64,000 bases of DNA from an uncultured delta proteobacterium (GCA_963708295.1 CAVPSJ010000012.1:1-64000); one strand, 5' to 3'; counted from the stretch's first letter, positions 10,161-20,592 are shown. The notes: generated from the letters alone by a model not told the origin. Numbers and translations: made by a program.

Positions 10161-10970
10161 ATGGCCGTTACCAAAGAGGTTCAACTTCAGGTCAATGACA
10201 TTTATATGGCTTTCGGAGGCGTCCAAGCCTTGATGGGTGTGAGTTTGGAGGTGAAAAAAGGCGAGATCTTTTCCATCATCGGTCCAAATGGCGCCGGCAA
10301 AACGGTTCTCTTGAACTGCATCAATGGCCTCTATCACCCTCAAAGAGGAAACATCGAATTCGAAGGAAAAGATATCACCCGATCCAGGCCCTATCAGAGG
10401 GCAAAGTTGGGAATCTCAAGAACATTCCAAAAACTTGAGCTCTTTAAAGGCGCAACCGTGCTCGATAACATCCGCCTCGGTCGCCATATTCATCTCAAAT
10501 CAGGGTTGATCAGCGGGGCCATCTACTTCGGGAAGACTGCCCGTGAAGAGATTGAACACCGGGATTTTATTGAAAAGGAGATCATCGATCTCCTGGAAAT
10601 TGAACATATCCGGGATAAGATGGTGGGAATGCTTCCCTATGGACTTCAAAAGCGAGTCGAATTGGCAAGGGCATTGGCGCTCAACCCTAAAATCATTCTG
10701 CTGGATGAACCTCTTGCCGGTCTGAATTTAGAAGAAGTCGAGGACATGGCTCGGTTTATTTTAGATATTAACGAAGAGGAACGGTGGCAGACGACTTGTG
10801 TTTTGGTTGAACACGACATGGGCGTGGTCATGGATATTTCCCATCGGGTGATGGCCCTTAACTTTGGTAAGAAAATCGCAGACGGAACTCCACCCGAAGT
10901 TCAGCGCGATCCCCAGGTGATCAAGGCTTATTTGGGTGAGGCGGAGGATCTCTATGTCACGCGCCGGTAG
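10161..10970 (+). CDS. livG: LIV-family ABC transporter ATP-binding protein (LivG-like)
   Basis: GPNGAGKT, LPYGLQKRVELARAL, LLDEP, EHDM, VIKAYLG. Confidence 0.93.
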   Translation: MAVTKEVQLQVNDIYMAFGGVQALMGVSLEVKKGEIFSIIGPNGAGKTVLLNCINGLYHPQRGNIEFEGKDITRSRPYQRAKLGISRTFQKLELFKGATVLDNIRLGRHIHLKSGLISGAIYFGKTAREEIEHRDFIEKEIIDLLEIEHIRDKMVGMLPYGLQKRVELARALALNPKIILLDEPLAGLNLEEVEDMARFILDINEEERWQTTCVLVEHDMGVVMDISHRVMALNFGKKIADGTPPEVQRDPQVIKAYLGEAEDLYVTRR

Positions 10971-12888
10971 TTCGAAAGAAATTGAGATAACCAAGGATTT
11001 GACCATTCCCAAACTCTTTTTACAGGCCGCTAAAAAATATTGGGACAAAAAGGTGGCCATGCGGGAGAAGGAATTCGGAATCTGGGTCCCCATCACTTGG
11101 AAACAGTATTATGAGAATGTGAAGCACATTGCGCTAGGAATGGTTTCGCTGGGGTTAGAGAGGGAAGACAAAGTCGCCATGATCGGCGACAACCGACCCG
11201 AGGCCCTTTGGGCAGAAATGGCCGCCATGTGTGTGGGGGGTGTAGGAGTCTGGTTGTTTCAGGACTCTCTGATTGATGAGGTGAAATATATTATCGACCA
11301 CTCCGATGCCAAACTGATGGTGGGCGAAGGGCAAGAAGAGGTTGATAAATGCCTCATGATCAAAGACAAATGCCCGAAGTTGAAGAAGATGATCTGGGAT
11401 GACCCCAAGGGAATGAGAGAATATGACGACCCCATCCTCATCAGCGTTAAAAAACTGATGGAAATTGGCGAGGAGATGGACAAGAAAGAGCCCGGCCTCT
11501 TCGAAGATATCATCAAGAAAGGAAAAGGAGATGATGTCTGTCTCCTCTTCTATACCTCGGGAACCACTGCCCTTCCGAAAGGAGCTCTCCTCACCCATTA
11601 TAATATGTTGACCATGGGACAAAATTTAATGCGTGTGGACCCCTATTTTGAATCGGATGACTTCGTCTCCTACCTCCCCTTTGCCTGGATTGGAGAGCAG
11701 ATGATGTCGATCTCCTGCGGAATTCAGGCCGGATTTACGCTCAATTTTCCGGAAGAGCCCGAGACGGCGCAAGAAAATATCCGTGAGATCGGCCCTCATG
11801 TGATGTTCGCACCTCCTCGTGTTTATGAACAGATGGTGCGGAATGTCCAGGTCAAATATCTGGATGCAACGTGGTCCAAGCGGAAAGCCTATGAGTGGGC
11901 CATGAGGATAGGCTACCATGTGGCTGAATTGAAGTTTATGAAAAAGCCCATTCCCTGGTATTGGAAAGCGCTCGACTCTCTTGCTTACCTGGGTGTCCAT
12001 AAAAAATTGAAAGACCATTTAGGCCTTTCCAGGATACGGGATACCTATACCGGAGGAGCGGCCATGGGCCCAGACCATTTCCGATTCTTCCATGCCATTG
12101 GAGTGAATCTGAAACAGATCTACGGCCAGACCGAGATTGCCGGAATTTCTGTTCTTCATCGGGATGACGATATCAAATTTGATACCGTCGGGAGGCCTAT
12201 CCCGGAAACCGAGGTAAAAATTACTCCGGAGGGAGAGATCATTTCAAAAAGCCCCTCCGTTTTTATAGGTTATTATAAGATGCCGGAAGAGACGACCAAA
12301 GCGTTAAAGGATGGGTGGCTCCACTCAGGAGATACCGGTTTCATCGATCCCGATGGCCACCTGGTCGTATTCGACCGAACGAAAGATGTGATGACCCTGA
12401 GCGACGGAACCAAGTTCGCTCCCCAGTTTTTGGAAACACGTCTTAAATTCAGTCCCTATATTAAAGATGTCTGGGCCATCGGTGACAACAGGCCTTATGT
12501 CACCACTGTGGTTTGTATCGATTATAGCGTGGTCGGCAATTGGGCAGAGGCCCGAAATATTGCCTACACCAGTTATTCTGAACTTTCTCAAATGCCGGGC
12601 GTCTACGAACTGATTCAGAAGGAAGTCATCAAGATGAATCACGACCTCCCCCCGATTGCCCGGATTAAGAAATTTATCAACCTCTACAAGGAATTCGATG
12701 CGGATGATGATGAATTGACCCGGACCCGAAAATTGCGAAGGGCCTTTGTCGAAGAACGATATAAAGATATTGTCAACGGTCTTTATTCCGATACCCATAC
12801 GGTCCATATGGACACCAATATCACGTATGAAGATGGAAGGGTGACTCATATTAAAACGGATCTTAAAGTGATGGAGGTACCGCAATAA
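10954..12888 (+). CDS. Long-chain acyl-CoA synthetase (AMP-binding) embedded in the LIV-type operon
   Basis: YTSGTTALPKG, YGQTE, GWLHSGD, ELTRTRKLRR. Confidence 0.92.
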   Translation: MSRAGSSKEIEITKDLTIPKLFLQAAKKYWDKKVAMREKEFGIWVPITWKQYYENVKHIALGMVSLGLEREDKVAMIGDNRPEALWAEMAAMCVGGVGVWLFQDSLIDEVKYIIDHSDAKLMVGEGQEEVDKCLMIKDKCPKLKKMIWDDPKGMREYDDPILISVKKLMEIGEEMDKKEPGLFEDIIKKGKGDDVCLLFYTSGTTALPKGALLTHYNMLTMGQNLMRVDPYFESDDFVSYLPFAWIGEQMMSISCGIQAGFTLNFPEEPETAQENIREIGPHVMFAPPRVYEQMVRNVQVKYLDATWSKRKAYEWAMRIGYHVAELKFMKKPIPWYWKALDSLAYLGVHKKLKDHLGLSRIRDTYTGGAAMGPDHFRFFHAIGVNLKQIYGQTEIAGISVLHRDDDIKFDTVGRPIPETEVKITPEGEIISKSPSVFIGYYKMPEETTKALKDGWLHSGDTGFIDPDGHLVVFDRTKDVMTLSDGTKFAPQFLETRLKFSPYIKDVWAIGDNRPYVTTVVCIDYSVVGNWAEARNIAYTSYSELSQMPGVYELIQKEVIKMNHDLPPIARIKKFINLYKEFDADDDELTRTRKLRRAFVEERYKDIVNGLYSDTHTVHMDTNITYEDGRVTHIKTDLKVMEVPQ

Positions 12889-13385
12889 AAATCAGTGCAA
12901 AATTAACATTGCAAAGTTAACAATTAGCAATGAAATATGGAAAACCTATTACAAAATCAACACTGCAAAATTAGCACTTAGCAATGAGCGCTAAAACTAA
13001 TCAATTGTCAGATCGATTACTCGATTTTGCTGTAGAAGTGATCAAAATTACGGATGCGTTACCGAATACGGTTGCAGGAAGGCACGTCGGCGGTCAGCTG
13101 ATAAGAGCAGGGACATCTTGCGGCTCAAATTATGAAGAAGCTTGTGGTGCCGAATCCAGATCTGACTTTTCCCATAAGATGAGTATTGTGCTCAAAGAAC
13201 TAAAGGAATCACGGTTCTGGCTAAGGTTAATTTCCAGAACTGAAATGCTTACCAATAATCGCACTGAGCGCGTCCTAGATGAATGCCAACAACTGTGTGC
13301 CATTGTTGCGAAAAGTATTCTTACGGCAAAGCGGAGGAGAACTTCAAATTGATAACTTTGCAATGGTAATTTTGCAATTTGCATT
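12889..13385. mobile_element. Four-helix-bundle gene cassette bounded by inverted 7-nt repeat arrays (family A: AnTGCAA/AnTTARC)
   Basis: Left arm AGTGCAA AATTAAC ATTGCAA AGTTAAC (12894-12921) matches the reverse complement of 13351-13378 at 25/28. Mobility is inferred. Confidence 0.6.
12984..13352 (+). CDS. Four helix bundle protein (TIGR02436 / 23S rRNA IVP-like family)
   Basis: QLIRAGTSCGSNYEEA...ESRSDFSHKMSIVLKELKESRFWL signature. Confidence 0.9.
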   Translation: MSAKTNQLSDRLLDFAVEVIKITDALPNTVAGRHVGGQLIRAGTSCGSNYEEACGAESRSDFSHKMSIVLKELKESRFWLRLISRTEMLTNNRTERVLDECQQLCAIVAKSILTAKRRRTSN

Positions 13386-13408
13386 TATATTTTGAAGGGG
13401 AGGCTTTC

Positions 13409-14293
13409 ATGGAACTTTTTTTACAACTTTTTATCACGGGAATTCTCGTCGGGAGCATCTATGCCCTGGTGGCATTAGGGTGGACCCTCATCTATAAATG
13501 CTCTGGCGTCCTCAACCTGGCCATGGGTGAACTGACCTTGATGGGGGCATATGTCTGTCTGACCTTGTACCAATGGCATATCCCATTCATATTAGCCCTC
13601 CTCATCACTCTTGTCATCGGGTTTGCCTTGGGGATCTTAACCGAAATTCTCTTCTTGAGGCCCATGGTAGGAGAACCGGTATTGAGCGTCATCATGGTCA
13701 CCGTGGGGCTCTCTTTTTTCTTCAAAGGGTTGGTGGAGTTGGTCTGGGGGACGGATACCGTTATTTTCGCTCCTCCGGTATTTGCAATCGAACCCATATT
13801 CATAGGAAAAATTGTCGTCGGTCAGGTTTACCTCTGGGCTTTCGTTGCGTCGATCATCCTTCTTCTCGCCTTTGTCACTTTCTTCAAATATACAAAGTGG
13901 GGGTTATCCATGCAGGCAACGGCGGATGACGAGATGGCCGCTCTATCTCTTGGTGTGAACGCTAAGATTGTTTATGCCCTTGCCTGGGCCATTGCCTTTA
14001 TGGCGGCAGGAGTCGGCGGAACTTTATTGGGAAACATCAATGGTCTTAATATTTCTGTGGGCCACCTGGGTTTATTAGTTCTCCCCGCCGTCGTTTTGGG
14101 CGGTCTTAACTCCGTCCCCGGGGCCATCGTGGGGGGTCTGGTGATTGGAGTTCTTCAGAATTTGGCAGACGGCTATTTAAGTCGTTTTACGCCCGGTGGG
14201 GTGAAAGAGGTTTTCCCCTTCGCGGTGATGGTCGTCGTCTTGTTGTTCAAGCCCTACGGACTCTGGGGTTGGATACGAATTGAACGCGTCTAA
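13409..14293 (+). CDS. livH: LIV-family ABC permease (LivH-like)
   Basis: GSIYALVALG, VLNLAMG, VLGGLNS, KPYGLWG. Confidence 0.92.
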   Translation: MELFLQLFITGILVGSIYALVALGWTLIYKCSGVLNLAMGELTLMGAYVCLTLYQWHIPFILALLITLVIGFALGILTEILFLRPMVGEPVLSVIMVTVGLSFFFKGLVELVWGTDTVIFAPPVFAIEPIFIGKIVVGQVYLWAFVASIILLLAFVTFFKYTKWGLSMQATADDEMAALSLGVNAKIVYALAWAIAFMAAGVGGTLLGNINGLNISVGHLGLLVLPAVVLGGLNSVPGAIVGGLVIGVLQNLADGYLSRFTPGGVKEVFPFAVMVVVLLFKPYGLWGWIRIERV

Positions 14294-14386
14294 AAAATCA
14301 TTGCAAATTGAAAAGTTAGCAATGCAAATTTATCAGTGAAGAAAAACGTTATCTAATTTAACAATGCTAATTTTGCATTTTGCATT
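14294..14386. repeat. Empty family-A inverted heptamer cassette
   Basis: AAAATC ATTGCAA ATTGAAA AGTTAGC AATGCAA ... GCTAATT TTGCATT TTGCATT, running from the stop codon to the RBS. Confidence 0.8.
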
Positions 14387-14397
14387 GGGAGGTTAAG

Positions 14398-15492
14398 ATG
14401 GGTTATCGACCTTGTGGGATTTATCATCAGTATTACCGCCAGGACCACGCATGGTGGCAGACCAAATTCGTCTGGGGAAAGATGGCCCTTCTTTTTATTG
14501 TCATTTTTTACCTCATCCCCAAGTTTGCAGGTCTCTACTTAATATCCGTGGCGAATGTCGTCGGATACACAATTCTTTCTGCGATGGGCGTCCAATTATT
14601 GATCGGCTATTGTGGGCAGGTCACTTTAGGCCACGCTGCATTTCTTGCAGTAGGAGCTTATACCAGTACACTCCTCATGCTTCAGTTACATCTTCCTTAT
14701 CCCCTCACGCTCATGTTGGGAGGGATCACCGGCGGTCTATGGTGTGTGTTATTCGGTCTCCCTTCTGCGCGGGTGAAGGGTTTTTACCTCATCATGACGA
14801 CCATGGCTGCTCAATTCATCACCGTTGAGTTCTTTATTACCCAGTATGTCAGTCAAATCGGAGGAAGAGGGGTTGCCTTCTCCATTCCACCCGGCACGGT
14901 TAAGATCGGCCCATGGGGAATTCAATCTGAGATGGAAATTTATTATCTGATGGTGACCTTAGTCATTTTGTGCACCTTGGCGATGTCGAATCTGCTTCGA
15001 TCAAAGGTCGGCAGAGCCTGGATTGCCATCCGCGATAATGACATCGCTGCAGAGGCACTCGGCGTCAACATTGTCTTGTATAAATTACTCGCCTTCTTTG
15101 TCGCAGGTTTCTTTGGAGGGATTGCCGGTGCCTTCTGGGTGACCTCCCTTGCAGCGGTCAGCCCGGAACACTTTCAGTTTGGCTGGTCCCTCTGGTTGGT
15201 TGGGGTTATCCTCATTGGAGGGGTGGGAAGCATCCATGGAACGATCTTTGGCGCGATGTTTATGACTCTGATACCGGAGGGGTTAAAGTTTCTTATATTC
15301 GCTCTTACCCAGAATCCATTCTTTGTGAATCTCATGCCTTTCTTGCCGCATCTCCTTGAGAAATTTTTATTTGTCAAAGAGGCGGCCTTCGGTTTGGCCA
15401 TTGCCCTGTTTCTTATCTATGAACCGAACGGGATTTCTTATCGTTGGTGGCAGGTGAAGAACTATTTCAATTTGTGGCCGTTTTCGTATTAA
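14398..15492 (+). CDS. livM: LIV-family ABC permease (LivM-like)
   Basis: GQVTLGHAAF, GRAWIAIRDN, IGGVGSIHG, EPNGI. Confidence 0.92.
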   Translation: MGYRPCGIYHQYYRQDHAWWQTKFVWGKMALLFIVIFYLIPKFAGLYLISVANVVGYTILSAMGVQLLIGYCGQVTLGHAAFLAVGAYTSTLLMLQLHLPYPLTLMLGGITGGLWCVLFGLPSARVKGFYLIMTTMAAQFITVEFFITQYVSQIGGRGVAFSIPPGTVKIGPWGIQSEMEIYYLMVTLVILCTLAMSNLLRSKVGRAWIAIRDNDIAAEALGVNIVLYKLLAFFVAGFFGGIAGAFWVTSLAAVSPEHFQFGWSLWLVGVILIGGVGSIHGTIFGAMFMTLIPEGLKFLIFALTQNPFFVNLMPFLPHLLEKFLFVKEAAFGLAIALFLIYEPNGISYRWWQVKNYFNLWPFSY

Positions 15493-15557
15493 ACGTGTCA
15501 CGCATACGACATCCGTGCCCGTGGGGCACACACTGACGGATACGAAGCACGGACACG
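15493..15557. repeat. Degenerate inverted short-repeat cassette (CGTGTC/CCGTGC ... GCACGGACACG)
   Basis: Left CGTGTC..TCCGTGCCCGTG and right ACGGATACGAAGCACGGACACG are imperfect reverse complements. Confidence 0.5.
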
Positions 15558-15656
15558 AGTTAAAGAAAGGGGTGATGCGACGTCATTGGATGGTGGGAGA
15601 GGAGATGACCGGGGTGGAGTTTTCATTCTTCATCTTAACCTTACAGGAGGTAAAAA

Positions 15657-16910
15657 ATGAGAATCAGAATATTTGTAATTGTTGTCATATCGCTCATGGT
15701 GGGTCTCGCTGCTTCATGGGCCTTTGCACAGGAAGTAAGACTTGGGGCACTTCAGGACACTACCGGTGCCACTTCCGATGTGGGCAAGGACGAGGCATTG
15801 GGAGTTCGTGAAGCTGTCCAATACTACAATGATACAGGCGGCATTAACGGCAAAAAAATCCGTTTATTCCAATACGACTATGGATATCGGGTACCGGAAG
15901 CAGTCACGACTTACAAGCGATTCAGGGATTACGACAAGGTGGTCATGGTCTTAGGCTGGGGAACAGGGGACACCGAAGCTCTTTCTCCTACGATCAACGC
16001 CGATAAAATGCCTTATCTCTCCAGCTCCTTCTCCGGTCATTTGTGCGATCCCAAGAAGACCCCTTATAACTTTGTTTATGGAACGGATTATTCGACCAAC
16101 GCCCGCGGTGCAATCACTTATTGGTTCGAAGAAGTATGGAAGAAGGATCCAAAATGGAAGGCTTTGAGGGAAAAAGGGGAAAAACCAAAATTCGTTTGCT
16201 TCATGGATACAGCCTCCCCCTATGCAACCGCTCCGATCAAAGCCATCAAAGATCAAGCCGGGCTTCTTGGCTTTCAGGTCGGACCTGATGCGAGTGTGTC
16301 TTTGACAGCTCTGGATACCAAGAGCCAGGTCATCGCGGCCAAAGGATTCGGGGCCAATTTGGTCTGGCATGGGAATACCACGATGTCTGTATCCGCTGCC
16401 ATTAAAGATGCCTATGCCCTGGGACTTGGAGCAGATCATATCATCAATAACTGGGGGTTCGATGAGAACCTGGTTAAGTTAGGTGGGCCGGCTGTCGAGG
16501 GAGCAATGGGCTTAATTGCCTGCGCCCTCTTCATCGATCAATATCCGGCTAAAGAAAAGAAGGTTATCGCATACGCGAAAAAACTGAATCCAGGCATTCC
16601 CCTCGAAAACCGACTGATCCGGACGATTCAGGGCTGGGTAAAAGTTACCCTTGCCGTAGAGGCCATGAAAAAAGCTGATAAAGCAGGAAAGCTGAATGGT
16701 CCTGGAATCAAAGATGCTTTTGAAACCTTTAAAGACTGGCCAGGTTTAAAGGAATTCGGCGGTCAATCGGTGACGATCACCCCGACAGACCATCGTTATA
16801 GTTCCATCGTCAGGGTTGGAAGAGTGGTTAAAGGGAAACCTCAAACCGTTGGCGAAATTGACATGCGTGCTAAGTTCCCGGATAAGTGGGCTTCCTGGCT
16901 CGGTTGGTAA
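15657..16910 (+). CDS. LIV-family ABC substrate-binding protein
   Basis: Signal peptide, GGINGKKI, DYGYRVPEA, GWGTGDT (periplasmic binding protein type 1). Confidence 0.9.
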   Translation: MRIRIFVIVVISLMVGLAASWAFAQEVRLGALQDTTGATSDVGKDEALGVREAVQYYNDTGGINGKKIRLFQYDYGYRVPEAVTTYKRFRDYDKVVMVLGWGTGDTEALSPTINADKMPYLSSSFSGHLCDPKKTPYNFVYGTDYSTNARGAITYWFEEVWKKDPKWKALREKGEKPKFVCFMDTASPYATAPIKAIKDQAGLLGFQVGPDASVSLTALDTKSQVIAAKGFGANLVWHGNTTMSVSAAIKDAYALGLGADHIINNWGFDENLVKLGGPAVEGAMGLIACALFIDQYPAKEKKVIAYAKKLNPGIPLENRLIRTIQGWVKVTLAVEAMKKADKAGKLNGPGIKDAFETFKDWPGLKEFGGQSVTITPTDHRYSSIVRVGRVVKGKPQTVGEIDMRAKFPDKWASWLGW

Positions 16911-16921
16911 GGAGGAAAACC

Positions 16922-17749
16922 TTGACATCTGAAAATCTAAATACCAATGGAACTATCCTGAAGCTGAATAATGTCGAGGTCATGTATCACGAAGTCATCC
17001 TGGTGCTGAAAGGGGTCTCCGTGAACGTTCCCCATGGAGGAATTGTCGCCCTTCTTGGAGCCAATGGTGCCGGAAAATCGACCACCTTAAAATCCATCTC
17101 TGGTTTGTTAAAACATGAAGACGGCGAAGTGACGGATGGAAGCATTGAGTTCATGGGCGAAAAAATACACCATCTCGCTGCTGAGGAGGTCGCCAAAAGG
17201 GGTATCTTCCAGATCATCGAAGGAAGACGAGTCTTTGAACACCTCTCTGTGGAAGAGAACCTAAGGGTTGGAGCTCACCTCAGGGGAACGGGGTCCGTCA
17301 GCAAAGAGAGGTTGGAGATGGTTTATCACTATTTCCCCAGATTGGTGGAACGGCGCAACGTCCTGGCGGGATTCATCAGCGGGGGAGAACAGCAGATGAC
17401 TGTGATCGGTAGGGCATTGATGGCCCAACCCAAACTCATGCTTCTCGATGAGCCGTCCATGGGCCTTGCTCCCCTTCTCATTAAGGAGATTTTCGAGATT
17501 ATCACCCAGTTAAACAAAGAGGAGAAGATCCCTCTGCTTCTTGTTGAGCAGAATGTAAAATTAGCTTTAACCGTAGCCCGTTACGCCTACGTTTTAGAAA
17601 ACGGCAGGCTCGTGATGCATGATACCTCGGAGAAGTTAAAGGAGAACCCGGATATCAGGGATTTCTACTTGGGGCTCTCGGATATCGGTGAGCGAAAAAG
17701 CTTCAGGCAGGTGAAACACTATAAAAGAAGAAAAAGATGGCTCACGTAA
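16922..17749 (+). CDS. livF: LIV-family ABC ATP-binding protein (LivF-like)
   Basis: GANGAGKST, SGGEQQM, LDEPSMGLAP, VEQN. Probable TTG start after AGGAGG. Confidence 0.92.
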   Translation: MTSENLNTNGTILKLNNVEVMYHEVILVLKGVSVNVPHGGIVALLGANGAGKSTTLKSISGLLKHEDGEVTDGSIEFMGEKIHHLAAEEVAKRGIFQIIEGRRVFEHLSVEENLRVGAHLRGTGSVSKERLEMVYHYFPRLVERRNVLAGFISGGEQQMTVIGRALMAQPKLMLLDEPSMGLAPLLIKEIFEIITQLNKEEKIPLLLVEQNVKLALTVARYAYVLENGRLVMHDTSEKLKENPDIRDFYLGLSDIGERKSFRQVKHYKRRKRWLT

Positions 17750-17831
17750 AACAACAATTCAAAATGTAAAATTAACAATAGTCAATTAGCATTGCTAATT
17801 TTGCACTGATCATTTTGCACTTTGCATTGAT
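17750..17831. repeat. Empty family-A inverted heptamer cassette
   Basis: AATGTAA AATTAAC ... AATTAGC / GCTAATT TTGCACT ... TTGCACT TTGCATT. Confidence 0.75.
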
Positions 17832-17853
17832 CATTACACAAAGGAGGTTCTTT

Positions 17854-18423
17854 ATGCGAAGATTATTCTTAATCCTTTCACTCGTTGCATTTGCCGTTTG
17901 GGGAATGACAGGGTGCAAACCCGGTCTTCTTCCAACGGATGAAGCAGGGAAGCCAAAAATCACTTTAGAACGGGTCGAAGTGATGAGTTACTTCCCCTGG
18001 GTCGATCTTCCGGCCAGTACCCCATTGGGTCTCGCTTTTGTATTCAATGTCGACAACCCCAGTGGATTAAATGTCATGCTCGATAATATCAAATTCACTG
18101 TCTCATTCGAGGCGGCACCGGACAAGTATATCGAAATCGCCACTCCCACGGTATATGACCGTATTTACTTTCCGCCCAAAACAACGAGCCAATATCGAAT
18201 CGTGAGTATTTTAAGTTCAGGAACCATCCGGCTGACCCTCCTGGTCGCCCAAGCTCCAAAGGTCCAAGAATGGAAATTGAACCCAGCCGATCTCATCAAA
18301 GATTGGTATGCAAAAGTTGGTGACTTTGGGTTCGGAATTAAAGTCCACGAAGGAATGGCCGTCTTTAACACCGAGAAAGGGGACGTTTTCGTTCCCTTCG
18401 AAGGAAAATTCCCGAAGAAGTAA
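17854..18423 (+). CDS. Hypothetical lipoprotein (LEA-2/WHy-like beta fold possible)
   Basis: Lipobox MTGC, FNVDNP motif, AAGGAGG RBS. Confidence 0.7.
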   Translation: MRRLFLILSLVAFAVWGMTGCKPGLLPTDEAGKPKITLERVEVMSYFPWVDLPASTPLGLAFVFNVDNPSGLNVMLDNIKFTVSFEAAPDKYIEIATPTVYDRIYFPPKTTSQYRIVSILSSGTIRLTLLVAQAPKVQEWKLNPADLIKDWYAKVGDFGFGIKVHEGMAVFNTEKGDVFVPFEGKFPKK

Positions 18424-18531
18424 TCCAGATTGAAGCAACCGAATCGTTACTCCCCGTTTCGTCACCTTCCCCCATCCGGGGAGGGTGACGACGAAGGAAC
18501 CTCATCAAAAAAAAGTTTCAGGAGACTCAAA

Positions 18532-19827
18532 ATGCCAAGGTCAGAAGTCACGGATCGGACTGCCGGTTTCCTTAAAAAGAGCCTTGAGACCATGCCCCAT
18601 GCGAAACGCCTCGACTATCTCGACCGAAAACTAAGGGCTGTTGTTCAACATGCCTATAAACATTCCACCGCCTTCAAGGACAAAATGGAATCCGTTGGCT
18701 TGAAGCCAAGGGATATCCAGACGATGAAAGATTTGGAAAAAATTCCTATGACCAAAAAGGCCGATCTCGTGGAGCTTCAGAAAAGAAATCCTCCCTTCGG
18801 CGGCTTTGAGGCGGTGCCGATCGAAACGCTGAGAAGGATTTATGTCTCTCCGGGCCCCATCCTCGAGCCTGGCGAGGCCGAGTATGAGGACCTGGGCTGG
18901 GCACAGGCCATGTATGCTGCGGGGTTTCGGCCCGGAGATATTGTGATGAACACCTTCAGCTATCATATGGTCCCTTTTGGCATGCAAATGGTCGACAACT
19001 CCCTTCGTCAAGCGGGCTGCATCGTCGTCCCGACGGGGGTCGGGAACACGGAGCAACAAGTGAATATCATGAAAAGCCTGAGGATCAACGGCTACTGCGG
19101 AACCCCGAGCTTTCTTCTCAACCTGGCGGAGAAGGCGGAGGAGATGGGCCTCGACTGCCTAAAGGATTTGAACCTTCAGGTCGCTTTTGTCGCCGCAGAA
19201 ATGCTCCCTGAGTCCTTGCGCTCCAAGCTGGAGGGGATATTCGGCATGATGATTCGACAGAGTTATGGAACCGCGGATATCGGCTGCCTCGGCTACGAAT
19301 GCAGGGAGAAGAATGGGATGCACATCCCGGATGACAGGATTGTGGAAATTGTGGACCCGACGACAGGGAAGCAACTTCCTCCAGGAAAGACAGGAGAGAT
19401 CGTTAGCACAACCTTCAATAAAATCTATCCGCTGATCCGATTCGGCACAGGAGACCTCTCCTATCTGATCGATTCCCCGTGCCCCTGCGGAAGAACCTCT
19501 CCCAGGCTGGCAAAAATCCTCGGCAGGGTCGATCAGGTCACAAAGATCAGAGGCTTGTTTGTGCATCCCGGGCAGGCCGACGAGGTTGCCTCAAAGCATC
19601 CGGAGATTCGGAAGTATCAGGTGGTTGTCACGCGAAAAGAACACAAGGATGAAATGACCTTTCAGGTTGAGCTCAAAGAGGAAGTTTCGCGAACTGAAAA
19701 GCTGAAGGGTGAGATTGAACAGTCTATCCGAGATGTGATGAAAGTCAGGGGGGAGATCCAATTTGTTTCAAAAGGAGCCATTCCGGATGGGGCCAAGAAA
19801 ATAGAAGACCGACGGACATGGGAATGA
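18532..19827 (+). CDS. Phenylacetate-CoA ligase-like (PaaK family) acyl-CoA ligase
   Basis: YGTADIG, PLIRFGTGD, CPCGRTSPRL, GRVD, IEDRR. Lacks the canonical SSGTTG loop (has VSPGP). Confidence 0.85.
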   Translation: MPRSEVTDRTAGFLKKSLETMPHAKRLDYLDRKLRAVVQHAYKHSTAFKDKMESVGLKPRDIQTMKDLEKIPMTKKADLVELQKRNPPFGGFEAVPIETLRRIYVSPGPILEPGEAEYEDLGWAQAMYAAGFRPGDIVMNTFSYHMVPFGMQMVDNSLRQAGCIVVPTGVGNTEQQVNIMKSLRINGYCGTPSFLLNLAEKAEEMGLDCLKDLNLQVAFVAAEMLPESLRSKLEGIFGMMIRQSYGTADIGCLGYECREKNGMHIPDDRIVEIVDPTTGKQLPPGKTGEIVSTTFNKIYPLIRFGTGDLSYLIDSPCPCGRTSPRLAKILGRVDQVTKIRGLFVHPGQADEVASKHPEIRKYQVVVTRKEHKDEMTFQVELKEEVSRTEKLKGEIEQSIRDVMKVRGEIQFVSKGAIPDGAKKIEDRRTWE

Positions 19828-19914
19828 GAGAAGATTGAAAAAAATGGACTTTTGACCAGCCTCTGTGATATATGCTAGTATAAATTTAAATCCAGAACGG
19901 GGGAGGGACGAATC

Positions 19915-20592
19915 ATGAAGATATATTACAAAGGGTTTATGAGGGAAAAAATCCAAAAAAGTCCAGTGACGATCAGCCCGGAGGCCACCTTTTTTGAGGC
20001 CAGAAACCTTATTCACGAGAAGGGGATACGCCATTTACCCGTGGTGGATAAGAACAATGCGCTGGTGGGAATCGTGACGGATCGAGACATCCGGGAGGCG
20101 GCTCCCTCCGATGCCACCCTTCTCAGCGTCCAGGAACTCAATTATCTGCTGGGAAAGCTAAAAGTCTCGAGCTTCATGACGCCAAAGGCGAAGTTGATTA
20201 CCATTACCCCCGACACGCTCATTGAAGAAGCAGTTCAGCTCATGCACGATCACAAGATTGGATGCCTTCCTGTGTTGGAAGGAGGAAAACTCTATGGGAT
20301 CTTTACAGAAACGGATGCCCTGGACCACCTGGTGGATATATTCGGTATCAAGCAAAAAGGAACCCGCCTGACCGTTGCCCTTGAAGATAAACCGGGATCC
20401 CTCCTTGGAATACTTGAAGTATTTAAGAAGCATAATTTAAGCGTGATCAGCATTGTCACCCCCTCTTTCTTGGTGGAAGGGAAAAGGATCTCTGCCATCC
20501 GGATCAAGACAGAAGAGTATAAAGATGTGGTAGCCGATTTAGAGAAAGCAGGTTACGATGTTTTATCGATAGGGAAATGGCCATCCATATAG
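19915..20592 (+). CDS. CBS-pair + ACT domain protein (AcuB-like)
   Basis: IRHLPVVD..LVGIVTDRD, IGCLPV, LEDKPG. Confidence 0.88.
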   Translation: MKIYYKGFMREKIQKSPVTISPEATFFEARNLIHEKGIRHLPVVDKNNALVGIVTDRDIREAAPSDATLLSVQELNYLLGKLKVSSFMTPKAKLITITPDTLIEEAVQLMHDHKIGCLPVLEGGKLYGIFTETDALDHLVDIFGIKQKGTRLTVALEDKPGSLLGILEVFKKHNLSVISIVTPSFLVEGKRISAIRIKTEEYKDVVADLEKAGYDVLSIGKWPSI

